From the NCBI GenBank assembly GCA_002633005.1, contig NMRA01000466.1, positions 100,633-164,632 of the forward strand: a DNA stretch of 64,000 bases. The letters are read 5' to 3'. The translations under genes and the position numbers were made by a program. Positions 1 through 14,600 of the stretch are shown here, piece after piece. This DNA comes from Phoronis australis (lineage: Eukaryota; Animalia; Phoronida). The first letter of the stretch is position 1; each line of letters begins with the position of its first letter. A model generated the notes under the pieces. It worked only from the letters and a program-made list of their open reading frames with translations, did no database searches and was not told the origin of the DNA.

Positions 1-1490
1 CCTAGTGGCAATTTTAGTTTTTTACGCTTACCTCTATATCTTCGGAAGTCCTCAACGTAGATACATAAAATTTGGAATTTAGGCATCTATTAGTGAAATG
101 AAACTATTCTCTCGTTTTCGGATGGATTCGACGTAATTTCCGCCACCTAGTGGCCATTTACTGTTTTCGAGTCTGTTTTTTGGCGTTCACCCCTCTATCA
201 ACCAAACCGCTCAAATTGGCATGTATGTGTTTACTATGAAGAGTACGATTTCAATTACTGTGGCACCTCCTAGTGGCAGTTTTGTTTTTTTTTGCGCCTA
301 TAGCTGTATCTCTTAAACCGTTTGCAGGATCTTTACGAAATTTAGTAAGTGTATTTATATGATGTTAACATTGGATGACCATGACTTTCGGACGGATCCA
401 ACTACCGGTGTGCCCCCAAGTGGCAATTTTATTTTTTTACATTTACCTCTGTATTTTCAAAAGTCAACGGATTTTCATGAAATTGGGTATACAGGTACCT
501 ATTAGTGAGATGATGATATCCTCTTGTTTTGGGATGGATTTGACATAGTTTGCGCCACCTAGTGGCCATTTTTTCTGTTTTTCAATTGTTTTTTGCGTCC
601 ATCCCTCTATCAACCAAACCGCTCAAAGGATGATTGTGAAAATTGGCATGTATAAGCTTACTATAAAAAGGATGGTTGATGATGATTTTCCGACGATTTT
701 GACTAATGTGGCGCCTCCTAGTGGCTGTTTTGTTTTTTTTTGCGCCTGTGGCTGTATCTCCTGAACCGTTTGCAATATCTTTACTTAATCTAATTAGTGT
801 ATTTATGTGATGTTGACTATGGATGAGGACGACTTTGGGACAGATCTGACTACTGCTGTGCCCCCTATTGGCAATTTTAGTTTTTTAAGTTTAACTCTGT
901 ATCTTCAAAGGTCCTCAACAGATTTTCGTAAAATTTTAAATATATTCATCTATTGGTGTGATGACGCTATCTTCCTGTTTTTGGATGGAATCGAGGTATT
1001 TTGCACCACCTAGTGGCCATTTTTGCTGTTTTCAAATCTTGTTTTTGGCATCCACCCCTGTAGCAACCAAATCATTTGAAAATTGGTATATATGTTCTCA
1101 GTGTGAACACAACCTTTGATGATGGTGACTGACTACAGTGGCATCTCCTAGTGGTAGTTTTGTTTTGCGCCCTTAGTTGTATCTCCTAAACCCACTGCAG
1201 GATCTTTACTAAATAAGTGTATTTATATGAAGATAACAACAGACGACTCAGGCAGATCCAACGGACACTTTGCCCACCAGTGGGAATTTCATTTTTTCTG
1301 TTTTCTTTTGTTTCTCTGAAGTTCCTTGACAGATTTTTATGAAATATGGCATGTTCCTGTTTTTGTATTAATTGTATGTTTTTGCGCCATCTAGTGGCCA
1401 TTTTTACGATACATATAAATAACCCTAAAAGCACGCCATTTGCAATGCATTCGTGGGCACACTTCAATGCTCCGCATTGCTCCTGTTGAA
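1..1490. mobile_element. Helentron-associated (HINE/DINE-like) repeat with internal ~400-450 bp tandem units, truncated by the window start
   Basis: Recurring CCACCTAGTGGCC unit at ~142, 554, 1005, 1386; ends near a GCAATGC..GCATTGC hairpin (1442-1480); homologous to 20808-23070. Confidence 0.55.
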
Positions 1491-2206
1491 GATTGTGTTG
1501 GTGCAGAAAAGGTGGATATTTTTGAAACTTTACTAAAACCAGTTTTAGTAGTCTAGGGTGGGGACTGCTGGCACTCATTACTGTTTATGAAAAGTCCACT
1601 TTGGCAGCAAACATTGATATGGTGTCATAATCCAGTCTGCTGGACAATGAGGAAATGAATGTACTATCCTCTCTAGCATTTCGGGAAATATCAATAGTAA
1701 TGACCTTCAGTTTATCAGGTTTGTCAAACGAGAGATTATGTTTCACAAGAATAATGTTTGGTGAATAGAATTTCCTCCCGACATCAAAATTGAATTGTTG
1801 GACTGTTATGGTGAGCACAAATGTCATAGAGCGTTTTGCTACTTTCAAATTTTTTACTATTTGCAATTATATGCAATCAGTTTTGCTGATCAATTTTCGT
1901 TGTCTGTTTCAATTTTGTTTGCATTTTATGTGAGGACTTTTCAGTAATATAAAATTTTGATATATTTGGTAGCTGCCTAAAATACCTCATTCTTTTTAAA
2001 TTACTTCTTGAACTTTCAAAGGTACAGTAGTGTACAAAATAAACTGGACAACTTTCGACAGTTATGAGATGCAAATGATTTTTTCATTATGGAATAATTT
2101 CTGTAGAGTGTATGATCTAAAACCTGTGTCCTTGCAACTGGAAGCTGAAAATGAGCATCTTGGCCCAAACAAGAGACTAGTTGTTCATTTGACATCTTTA
2201 ATGCAG

Positions 2207-2623
2207 AACTCATTACAACTGAGAGCACCACGGTTACTCCATCAACCACGTCTGCTCCTTCAACAACAAGCAAACCAAGCACAACAACGGTGTCGACATC
2301 TGCTCCAACAACAAGCACGCCACGTCCAACAACAACATCCACAACTTCTGCTCCAACAACAACAAGCAGACCAACCACAACAACGACATCTGTCTCAACA
2401 AGTCAGATGACAACATCTGCCCCAACAAGTCAGCCATCTTCAACATCTGTCTCAACAACAAGCCAACCATCAACGACCTCTGTAACGTCTACAAGTCAGT
2501 CAACAGTGTCTGTCTCAACAACAAGCCAGCCATCAACGACATCTGTACCATCTACAAGTCAGTCAACGGTGTCTGTCTCAACAACGACTTTGAGCACACC
2601 TGTGCCAACTACGACAATGCTGA
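2207..2623 (+). CDS. Mucin exon 1 (in window): PTS, ELITTESTT...PTTTML
   Basis: atgcag|AA acceptor, A|gtaagt donor; phase 1-1; Thr/Ser-rich. Confidence 0.85.
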
Positions 2624-5600
2624 GTAAGTGCAAGTGACATGATCGAAACAGCATTTGATTTTTGTCTGGGTATCAGTATCAGGCTAACTTTTTCATGATA
2701 AAATGGTCAGATTAAGAAAAAAAATTGGATCTCATGTTTTGTTTTTCAAGTTTATTTACAAAGCAGTGTGGCCTAGTGGGATAAGTGTATGCTTTCATCA
2801 CCCAAGGTTGTGGGTTCGAGTCCCGTTGAGGAACATTAGTCGGTTCTCTAACTCCTCAGCTTGGCTTTAACTTTAATTTATAAAGCGGAAATATGGCTCC
2901 AGGTAATCAGTGCAATGGGCCTGTGTGTACTTGAGCAACCTGTTTATGTCTGGTACAACATGTACCAGTCTGCCTGCATTAAGTTTTTCATGCTTTCTGT
3001 CCAGTCAAGTTAGAAATGGCATGGTGGAACTGAGTTTTATTGCTTCGTGGTGCATGTTAGTTTTTGTTATTGTTTGAAAATGGAAAAATAGGTCATTAGC
3101 CATTTGCGACTGATTAAATATGCTGCAGTGGTGCTTCTTATAGATAGTGTAGACGTTATTGTTATACTTTTTTCTACAGCTAATGCAACCACCCTATCGA
3201 GTACAGCGACACCAAGTACTACAGTTGCTCATCAAAATCGTAAGTCTTAGTGTTAAATCTCAAATCCATTTTGCAATAGTAAAATTCTAAATGGCTTAGA
3301 TTGTAAGGCACTATATGTAATGCTTTGTGTTCGTACTTAACTTAACATTCTATTGAACATGTGCGTGTTGACTGAAACGCTTTTCTCATGACGTCTGTTT
3401 CACTCCGTTGTTGCATCTCAGAAAAATGCCAATTATTGCTGGTTTAATTTGACTTCATTAATCTTTTTATGTGTAACCTGGCACAAGTTTCTGAATTCGA
3501 AAGTGACGTTCGATGTTTTCTTTGAATGTATGTAGTGGTTTCATGTTCAGTATGTCAGTTGATCTAGTATTATTTTGTTGTTTTTATGAAAACATTAATG
3601 GACAACTGCAGCTGTATACTGATGAACCTGACTGTTTCTTTTAGCTGTTTGTACGGACGAAATATTGGTACACGCTGACCTCATTAAAAATATCACGGGT
3701 GTTAACGCTGTTACCTCCGTGACGGCAGAGTCCATTCAGCCTGGAGTGGGACAGCCAGGTTACACTCCAAATAATAACGGTGAAGGTAACGAACTCTTCA
3801 TAGAGTTTGAAAAAGAAGTCAAACTGGGAGGGTTCAACATACATCAACAGGGCATGACAACCTTCATTATCATGTTTGGTGATCAATATGGTGAACAGCG
3901 TCCATATCAGGAAGAGGGCCAGACAAGGGTAAGGCTTAGTGCTTCGGGTCATCCCTTATAAGTTAGTCTGTGATGGCCTACCACAGATTGATACTTCTCA
4001 TCTAGGTACAGAACTAGTTGAAGCCAGTCTTTAAAAGTTATAGGTTAAACTTATTATTTAGTCATTATTATTAGTTAGTCATTTTTGATATGTGGCTGGA
4101 GGCTTTAACATTTTTCAGTCATTTTGTGTTTAGTACAGTTTATTTAATATCTCTGGCACACTGATTTGGGTGTAAAGCAATAAATTTTGCTGGAAACCAG
4201 TATCAGTGTCTTAAACAGAGGTGTGTTGAATGACTACGGTGAGCGAAGAAAACCCGTGTATGGTGTACCAAGAGATGTTGGTGTCGGTAACTCTATGCAG
4301 TGAGCATGTAACTTAATCGTGCGAAATTGGTCATTTCCAGTGCTTAGTCACAAGCATGTTAAAATAAGTTAAAACACAGCTATGCTATTTTCACTGACAA
4401 ACAATGAATTCAAATTTGTCATGCTGCACTAATTGGTCTTAGATCAACCAAAGTATTTTTCTGTCAGGGAGGTACTGGCAAGAGGCGCATCAGCAAGTGA
4501 CAGGCCTAGGTTTAGGTAAAATCACCTCAGTTGGGCCTAGTGCTGTCCTTTTAATTGCCACTGCTGTGGAAATGTGTAAGGTGTCACTTTGTTAGAACAT
4601 CAAATTATTGGTGAATTCATGTATAGTCTAAAGAAAAAGTGTGACATCAAACTTTTGACAATTTGTTTGTTAATTTAGGTATTCACAGCGAAAGAATTCT
4701 CTGACTGTGGTGAAAGCTGTGAATACTTGTTCTACCAAGACGAAACTGTTAAAATCATCCGGTTTGTTCTCAACTCTGGTGAAAAGCCTACACTGCACAT
4801 TGGCATCTTGGGTTGTTATGGTGAGTGTCACTACTAAGTGTCATATGAATGCATATTGATCAGAAGGCATATTGGGTTGTCATGGTGAGTGTCCACGCAT
4901 CAGACATTTTGTCGTCCTTGAAGTTCTTAACATCAGACGTCAGATTTACTCTCTTGGTGATGAGAAGGATGCATATCAATTGCATAACTTTTAATTACTT
5001 AGGCTGTTTATTCAATGTAGGTTGCACATCATGATTTTGCATACCATTGTTACCAAATCACTTTTAAGGCGGTTAAAAAGATTTTTTTGAAAATTCATTT
5101 AAACTCCTGAATTGCCTTCAGATCAGAGATCATCTTCCTTTTTATAAATCTTCTTGAGCTGAACTTGGTATGGAAATGACATTGGAATGCACCAAAGTTT
5201 AATTTTGTAATCTTAAGTGTTGCTTAATTTGTTAGTTGTTTGTAGCCAGCTACATGTTGGTACATTGAATGTTTTATTGTGGCTTGAATAGATGTGTTGT
5301 TCTATTTCTATGAAGAGATATATTGATCTTTTAACTAAATGTCACTATAATAGTCGACGTTTTTTGGTGCTTAACACTTTTTAAAGGAGAATGCCACCCG
5401 ATTTAATTAGTATTTTTTACCGTCTTGATCAATCTATATCCACATCGCCTCTTATACAGTCGACCTCACCTTGCTGAGAGGTGTTGTGTTAACCTGTTAG
5501 GAAGGTGAGAAGCGACGCAGCGACGTCAGTGGTTCGTCTGCAGAGTGAATGCCGCTATATTGTGGTGCATTGGTTCCCACTTATTCGAACTATGAAGCTG

Positions 5601-8600
5601 CAAAGAAAGCGGGTATATCATTTTTTCGACTTCCTCGAGAGCCTGAAATGCTTAGGAAGTGGCTCGTGGTAGTGAAGAATAAAAGGTACGCTGTTAATAG
5701 AAAGTATGAGGCCGTGAAACATCTCCGTGTGTGTGGCTGGCATTTCGTCGACAGTGGTTTCTCTGATGAATTGCGGCTTACCAAAGAACTATCCATACGT
5801 TTCGTTGCCTATGCATGTTCACGGCGCCTCTCTAGTATTTCTTGATCAGTGTATTCCAGTTTGAACTGACAGCCTATGAAACCTAATGATCCGACCCGTG
5901 AAGTCTTCGTCGGATGAGCTCCTGACTAAGTCGGGATTGGCGCCATGTATTATTCTGCGTTCTGTTTCAAAATGAATTATTCCCATCCTAAAATGATACT
6001 AACCAATGCTTATATGAAACTGAAACAAGGTCTGTCTCATTCGATACAATTTGTAATGCCTTGGAGAGCGCTTGAGTGCAAATGTTTTGAGAAGCCAGCA
6101 ATGAATAAACCACTGCGTTACCGGCTTTTGATGCCGGCAACAAAGATAATTGATCAGGCAACGAGGCCATGTTAGGGCATGCTAATTCAGTGTTTGCTGA
6201 CAAAAAGCTGTTGTGAAACAATTACTCGATTTTATATGCTATTGTCACATGTAAGGGGAATCTACAAATACATTATTCAAATCATTGTTACTGTACAATC
6301 TTTGCCCTGATGGTCTGTGGATGGGGAACCTGACTTTGCAGCCCCCGACAAGTAGATTTTCAGTTTCGTGGCTAATTCACATAAATAAGTACGTGCAAAT
6401 TATCTCTTTGGCTCACTATTATAGTCTTTTTGTGACTGGAGGTTTAGTTTCCAACTCAAGCTGGTTTATGTTCGTGCCAGTGCCGGCGGCCGCAATGGGC
6501 CTGATAGGATTCCAGGCCACTGGCCGGGATAACGAGTCAGTCCGGTTGTGACGGGCCTGATTGGGTTCCGAGCCACTGGCCAGGATAACAAGTGTTTTGT
6601 GTGTTTAGAACTCAAAAAATCACAAGTCTAAACAACACAGATCTAGGTTCTCCTGTCTGTATTTCACGGAAGAATACTTCGAATTTATCTCCGAACAGAC
6701 CCCAAACTCCTGCTACGGACCTTGGTAAATTGACCTGCCGATCTTTGTAGGCTACGGTGTGTCTAAATACCAATAAATCCGTAACAGCGAAATAAAACAA
6801 CATGTTTGTATAAGAACTCAGCGTATTTTTAAGGGTTTTACATCAAAGTTTGACGACTTATTGGTGTTAAACGATGAGTTCAAGCGATAAGCTGACATCA
6901 TTAACCCGTGTGGTGAACTGCTGAACAGACTGACGTCTTTGGATAATTTCAACACCTCCGTCTGCTGTCAGGTGTCAGGTAACGCAACCGAACATGTCGT
7001 TATTGAGTAGAACTACTGGATCTAAATTGTTACAAAATAGGTTGTTTTTTGGGTGGCATGGTCCTTTGACTGGTTTTTTAATTAGGTGTCAGTTGTTTAG
7101 ATCTGTCCTTTTCTTAGTTCTGGACAAGAGTGAGTTTTTGTATAAATGTTAAAGTATTCTCTGGTACCAGGCTTTTTATTTTAATTTTATAGAGCAACCT
7201 TCAACTGTTACCACAGCAATCACCACAAGATTGCCAACATCAACACCCAGTCCTTCAACAGCTTCATCTCCAGTGACAACCGTTGCTTCGACAACACCTT
7301 CCACTAGCACCTCTTGTGAGTCTTCCACTTTTGCTTAGGAGAGGCTTGCTTCTTTAAGGAGTAGCTTAAAAGGATACCAAACTCAGTTTTGACCTATTTA
7401 TACTAAAAACGACTCCTATCCAATTCTCTGAAAAACAATGATGCTCTGCATTCCTCGACAACGCACAAAAGTTTTGAGGAAAATTTGAAAAGTCCTTTCA
7501 AAGTCTGCTAAATGTGCAAGCGTGCCCTATGTTGATCACTTAAATCTTTGAGAAACAATGGTAGCTTTGCCTGTTAACTGACAAACGTTTGTAAAAGATT
7601 GAAAACTTATTTTAACAACTAAACTTGTCTTCTGAATTTGGCAACAGTAATTGAAGCTTGGACGAATTAATCGAGGGCTGTGGGAAAGGACTCGACCTTT
7701 AAGATGTATTGAGGTGGTTTAGCTTAATACGTTTTGACCTCTCGGTGGTGGCGCTAGTTGTGCAAATGGCTGTAGTTAAATTTTAGATGAGATGGGCTAA
7801 CAAGATTTAGTAGTCTTTATTACTATTGAGAATTATTTCTTAAATCGAGCCCAATCCACATTGTATATTAATATTTAATGAATAGTAGTAGAGGATATCT
7901 TTTTAAGACAACAGCGCCACTACCATTCATGTAATTGTCAACTTTGTGGATACTTTGAGAAAATTAATGCAATCTTCACATCTTGCATTCTACCATTACT
8001 ACTCATCTCGCTGCTTCATTTTTTACTTGTTGTTCATGCAACATGTTATTTGGGAGTACCATTGCAGATTTCAATTGCATGACAAATCTTTATCAGCTCT
8101 AACTTGCTGGAGTTGATTCGAATGAAATTCTGAACACCCAATTGCCAGGAAATGGTGTCTCGGTTTTTTAATTTTTGTTGAATTCCAAAGATACTGACTG
8201 CTAAAATGAAGACTCATGACACTATTTTGAAAATGATTTTTGGTGACTGGTGTGTCTGTTATTTGAGCATAAATCGAAAACCAAGGTGCCACGTGTATTG
8301 ACAGTAGAAACATTAGTTCAAACACAAAGTCACCTGCTGTATAGAGTTTTCAGAATTTGAATAAATGCTCAGAAAGAAGCTGTGACATTTCTACCAAAAC
8401 TGATGGTCACTTGATGATAAACAATTCCGGCAAATATCCACCTAGCCCAAAATGTGGCCGATACATGGTATTGCATTTTGTCACATTTCTCCACTAAAAA
8501 TGAGCATTAAAACAACTCCGTCCTGTGTAATCATGACTAAATAACTTGGTCAATTTCTTATCACCTCTATTTGCCTTTGTAAAATCCGATAATGACCATT

Positions 8601-11600
8601 TTGGCAATTGTTTTTGCCTGAAATAATAGCCATTACACTTTAAGGCATCGTTTTTGCTGTCCAAGGTAACTGTCTCCAGTTCATTTTTTACTTAGTATAA
8701 GATTTGACTCAACCTCAAAAATGACGTGAAAAGAGGTCACAAATGTTTTCTAATTCTTGAATTCAAAGATTGGGAAGACTTGTTAATGGCATGCCAACAA
8801 CTGTTAAGCAAGCATGCCAACTTTACGTGAATTCAAAACCGTTTCTTTTTACCATGTGCTTGTTGCATCTTGCAGCTTCGTCCTCGTCTCCAACAGTTAC
8901 AACAGCACCAACCACAACACCTGCACCAACAACAACACGTAGTTCCACAACTACACTATCAACTGCAACGACTGCAAGCACTACTACCCGTGAATCAACA
9001 ACACCGTCTAGTTCTACGACTACGCCCTACACTACTGTGGCAACTGGATCAACTACCCCTGCTCCAACAACCACACACAGATCTACGACTACACCATCCA
9101 CTGAAGCTACAACTGGATCAACCACCCCACATGCACCAACTACCACACCTAGTCCTACGACTACACCATCCACTAATGCTACAACTGGATCAACCACCAC
9201 CCGTGCACCAACTACCACACCTAGTCCTACGACTACACCATCCACTAATGCTACAACTGGATCAACCACCACTCGTGCACCAACAACCACACCTAGTCCT
9301 ACGACTACGCCATCCACCAATGCAACCACTGGATCAACCACCACCCGTGCACCAACAACCACACCTAGTCCTACGACTACACCGTCCACCAATGCAACAA
9401 CTGGATCAACTACCCGTGCACCAACAACCACACCTAGTCCTACGACTACACCATCCACTAATGCTACAACTGGATCAACCACCACACGTGCACCAACAAC
9501 CACACCTAGTCCTACGACTACACCATCCACTAATGCTACAACTGGATCAACCACCACACGTGCACCAACAACCACACCTAGTCCTACGACTACACCATCC
9601 ACTAATGCTACAACTGGATCAACCACCACACGTGCACCAACAACCACACCTAGTCCTACGACTACACCATCCACTAATGCTACAACTGGATCAACCACCA
9701 CACGTGCACCAACAACCACACCTAGTCCTACGACTACACCATCCACTAATGCTACAACTGGATCAACCACCACACGTGCACCAACAACCACACCTAGTCC
9801 TACGACTACACCATCCACTAATGCTACAACTGGATCAACCACCACCCGTGCACCAACAACCACACCTAGTCCTACGACTACACCATCCACTAATGCTACA
9901 ACTGGATCAACCACCACACGTGCACCAACAACCACACCTAGTCCTACGACTACACCATCCACTAATGCTACAACTGGATCAACCACCACACGTGCACCAA
10001 CAACCACACCTAGTCCTACGACTACACCATCCACTAATGCTACAACTGGATCAACCACCACACGTGCACCAACTACCACACCTAGTCCTACGACTACACC
10101 ATCCACTAATGCTACAACTGAATCAACCACCACCCGTGCACCAACAACAACACCTCTACCTACGACTATACCAACAGTGTCTGCATCAACAACAAGCCAA
10201 CCATCCACGACATCTGTACCATCTACAAGTCAGTCAACAGTGTCTACTTCAACAACAAGCCAGCCATCAACGACATCTGTACCATCTACACCTTCTTCAT
10301 CGGTGCCAACAAGTTCAACAATTGTCACCTCTTCAACGAAGCATCCTACCACGACAATGCTGAGTAAGTGCAAGTGATTTGAGCAAAACAACATTTGATT
10401 TGTGTCTGGATGTCAATGTTACAGTAACTGTAACTTTGTATGACAACTTGGTCATGTTAATGAAAAAATTCGATCTTGTTTAATTGTTTTTCCAATAGGA
10501 GTTTCTTTGGGTGAGTCAGTGTGGCTTATTAGGATAGGTGTCCACTTCCTTTACTCAAGATGGTGGTTTCGAGTCCCCCCTGGGGCACACTGGAAGACCT
10601 TTGAGTCAAGTCTCTAGCTCCTCAGCTCGTTTTTAACTAATATATACTTATAAAGCATATCGTTCCAGGTGATCACTTCAGTGGACCTACGTCTACTTAA
10701 GTGGTCTGTGCTTGCCTGGTCCCTGTACCAGACTGCCTACAATTGATATTTCATGCTTTTTGTTCAGTAGCGTCTAGTCATGTTACAATTGGCAAGGTAG
10801 AGCCGAGTTTTATGTTTTGACATGCACCTTCCAGTTTTTATCAATTTTTGAAAATGGAAAAATATTATTGTAAATTTGCAATATGTGTTTGATTAATCGC
10901 TACAGAGTCACAGGGGTAATTCTGGTAGATAGATATTGTTGTACTTGTTTTTCTTCAGCTAATGCAACCACCCTATCGAGTACAGCGACACCAAGTACTA
11001 CAGTTGCTCATCAAAATCGTAAGTCCCAGTGTAAAATCTCAATTCCATTTTACAAAATTGTAAAATTCTAAATTGTTTGGCTACAAGGCATGATATGTAA
11101 TGCTCTTCACTATTGAACATATGCGTTTTAATTGTAACTCTGTTCTCATGACATTTATTTCACTCTGTCATTGCATCTCTGAAAAATGCCACTTATTGCT
11201 GGTTCAGTTTGACTTAAGTTCATTAATCTGTTGATACTACCTCGCACACCAGACTCATTTCCAAGAGTTTGGAAGTGAAGTTAGGTTTTTTCTTTGAGTG
11301 TATGTAGCGATTTCATGTTCAGTAATGTCACTCGCTTGCTTTATTTGTTGCGTTTTATTGAAAGAATTCATGGATAACTGCAGCTGCTGCTGGTGAACCT
11401 GTGTGTTTCTTTCAGCTGTTTGTACGGATGAACTACTGGTACATCCTGACCTCATTAAAAATATCACGGGTGTTAACGCTGTTACCTCTGTGACGGCGGA
11501 GTCCATTCAACCTGGAGTGGGACAGCCAGGGTACACTCCAAATAATAACGGCGAAGGTAACGAACTCTTCATAGAGTTTGAAAAAGAAGTCATAGTGGGA

Positions 11601-14600
11601 GGGTTCAACATACATCAAAAGAACATGACAAGATTCTTTATCATGTTTGGTGATCAATATGGTGAACAGCGTCCATATCAGGAAGATGGCGAGACAAGGG
11701 TAAGGTTTAGTGCTCGGGATCATCTCTTATAAGTTGGCTTGTCAGAGCCAAGCCCAGTTATTACTTTGTGAGTATAGAACAAGTCCAAACCTGTCTTTGA
11801 ACAGTTACACGTCTACATCATTAGTTAATCTTTTTTGACATGTGGCTGTTTAATAGTGCCATTAATATATTTCAGTGGGCAGTCAAGGGTTTCATACAGT
11901 TTACACAATTATTCATTTTTATCTCTCAGTCCCTGATTCAAGTATTAGAAATAAAATTTGCTGGAAACCCGTAGCAGTGTCTTAAAGTTGTTTTTTCACT
12001 GACTTGTGTGAACGATTAAAATAACATAATTCTGTAGTAAAAAGTTTCATGTAATACTGAGCAGTGAACCAATTAAACTGAATCATGCCAAAGTGGTGAT
12101 TTCCAGTAATTAGTCACGAACACTGTACGTTAAAATCAGCTGAAACATCTCCTGGGTTACTCTTTTCAGTGACAATCGATGAATTGAAAGGTTCATGTTG
12201 CACTAACTGGTCTTAATGTTTACAGTAACTGGTCTGTCGTTTTTCAACAATATACATCGTCTTATAGCACTTCATTTAGAGGGGGATCAACAAAAAGGGG
12301 GCGAGGGGTCGGGGCTTCAGGCTTCACACACACGCACGCACGCACGCATGCATGCACACACACACTTCAACATTTGATAGAAATAACACTAAATTTGATT
12401 TAATATATAATTCATTGCTGGCAGCATTGAGGCTCTAACACATTCTGATTTTAGTGTTGTTTGTTTTTTGTTTTTCAATATTAAATAATTGTAATTTTAA
12501 AATATTTCAACATGATTGAATTAAAGGCAGATGCAACTGCTGTTGATTATGTGAATGAATAAAATATTGGGTGACTGATAACATAATTAATCAATGGGGA
12601 GAATTCAGGAGAACTCGGATGGCAAAACATGATTTCATTTTTGGTTATTTTGACATCCTCCTTAAGAAAAGATGTCAAAATATCTTGAACGTTAATCAAC
12701 AATCTTTGCACTTCATTACAATGGAAAATCATGTGTTCAGTATTCTGCACTAGATTACAGTAGAGACATTTATCTGAGTTAAAGTTATCTCCAACCTTAC
12801 TCACAAAAATTGGCCATTTTTGTAATATTTCACTTGTGTGTAGCAAAATACCTTATCTTCATTCTCGGGGTCTTCAAATACAAAATATATACCGCGTAGT
12901 GAGGAAAACAAGGTTTAGCAGAACCACCTTGGAACCGCGCAACCGCATGGATATTTGTTTACTACTTAACCAAGGTCAAAGGTTAAAGGGCTTTCAATTA
13001 AATCGAATCTCCCACCAGGTACAGAACAGCTTCGTATACCCTCAGTCCTTTCATTCACAAAGTCACCATAACATTGAGCCAATGAGGTGTACTTATGATA
13101 GAATGGTGCCGGGGGAAAACAAAGACAAACCTACGTAGTTTTGATCCTAAGGGAGTTGTGCATCCATATGCATACGACCGTTGGCATTGAAAATGAGTGA
13201 TACAAGTCGCCTCAGGCCTCTGTGGTCATGAACACAGAAAATTGGAAAAGAGATAAATCCTCACCCTAATACCTTAATTCAAGTAATGAGTTGACATTTG
13301 GATATTTCAATCTCATGCTAACGACATACTTTAACCATCGATTCGATTTTTGTAATCCATTTCTTACTTGGTTTCGTATCAGTCTCCCAGTGTACAGGCT
13401 ATGAACTGTGACCTACTTTGTGACCTACTTAGAAAGTAGGTCATAAATAAACAGTAAAAGTTTGCAGGGAACAATACGTGTATTTGAGGTTTTAATGATA
13501 ATTAAGTTAGTTACGCATTGCAAAATCAGTTGATATTGCGAGTGAATGTTGAAGTAGCTCACATCGTTAAGGACTGTATAGGTTATGTGTACCGAAAAGT
13601 AGTTTTCATCGAATAATTAACCGAAGACTTGGAGATTTTCACTTTTCCCAGTTTAATTGGCTCTTTCTTGGCTTTGGCAAATCGACTTTATTTGAACACT
13701 AGTTCTCGAAAACGGCTAAATGGATTTCGCTGAAACTTTCCAAACTTAATATTTAGTCATCAAGCTCAAAAACACTGTTAGGATTTTTGATATAAATACC
13801 CAGTTTTTGCGTAATTTGACAAAGACGAATACGACTTCAATTTTTTACAAAAAATACCTTATGTTTTGCGAGTTGATTTGTCATAGAAACCAAATGAACA
13901 GACTAATCGAAAATTCCTAACAGCGTTTTTGAGGTAACTGGTGAAGTTTTCATTTAAAAAAGGTTTCATTAAAATCGACCGAGTGGTTATTTTGCTATGA
14001 ATGTACCTTTATTAAAAATGAAATTCTGACTTAAAAGTGTTTGTTCATAAAAATAATAATCTCACATCAATACAAAAAGTATATCTATATTTCCTGATCT
14101 TTGTTCTTTCAGAAAATATATACTTTTACTAGTTGACAAAGCTTAGTTTTTTGATATATGAGTGGAGGATGGTAAATAAGGTTGGAGATAACTTTAATAA
14201 TCTGCATGCCATAAAACAAAGCCTGTTATGCACCGACATTAAATGTTGTTGCATAACAACGATTTAATGCGTGGATTGAGGGGAACTGTAAAAGGCAAGT
14301 AATATTTTTTTAGATAATTATCTTGTTTTGAGTAATGCTGCCACAAATTTCCATAATTGTCTGGTTTTTTGCAATATTTCTCTAACAATATTTTTTGATT
14401 TTTTCTTTTGCAAATTTATTGTAATCCTAGCAAAATTTATTGTTGCAGCCAACCAATCACTGATGAGCTTGATCAGTTTTTCTAGGTAAAATAATACATA
14501 TTGAATTAAAACACAGAATTGGTCTTAGGTGAACAATTGAAAGTATTTCTCTGTCAGCTGGGTAGTCGTCCAAGAGGCACATCAGTAGGGGACAGGCCCG

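Noticed and set aside
2763-2830. Functional tRNA gene
   Set aside because: A and B boxes present but stems do not pair well; the paralogous copy is further decayed
5549-5845. Host THAP-domain gene nested in the intron
   Set aside because: Lies between transposon TIRs, lacks one zinc-ligand Cys, and the second copy is frameshifted and deleted
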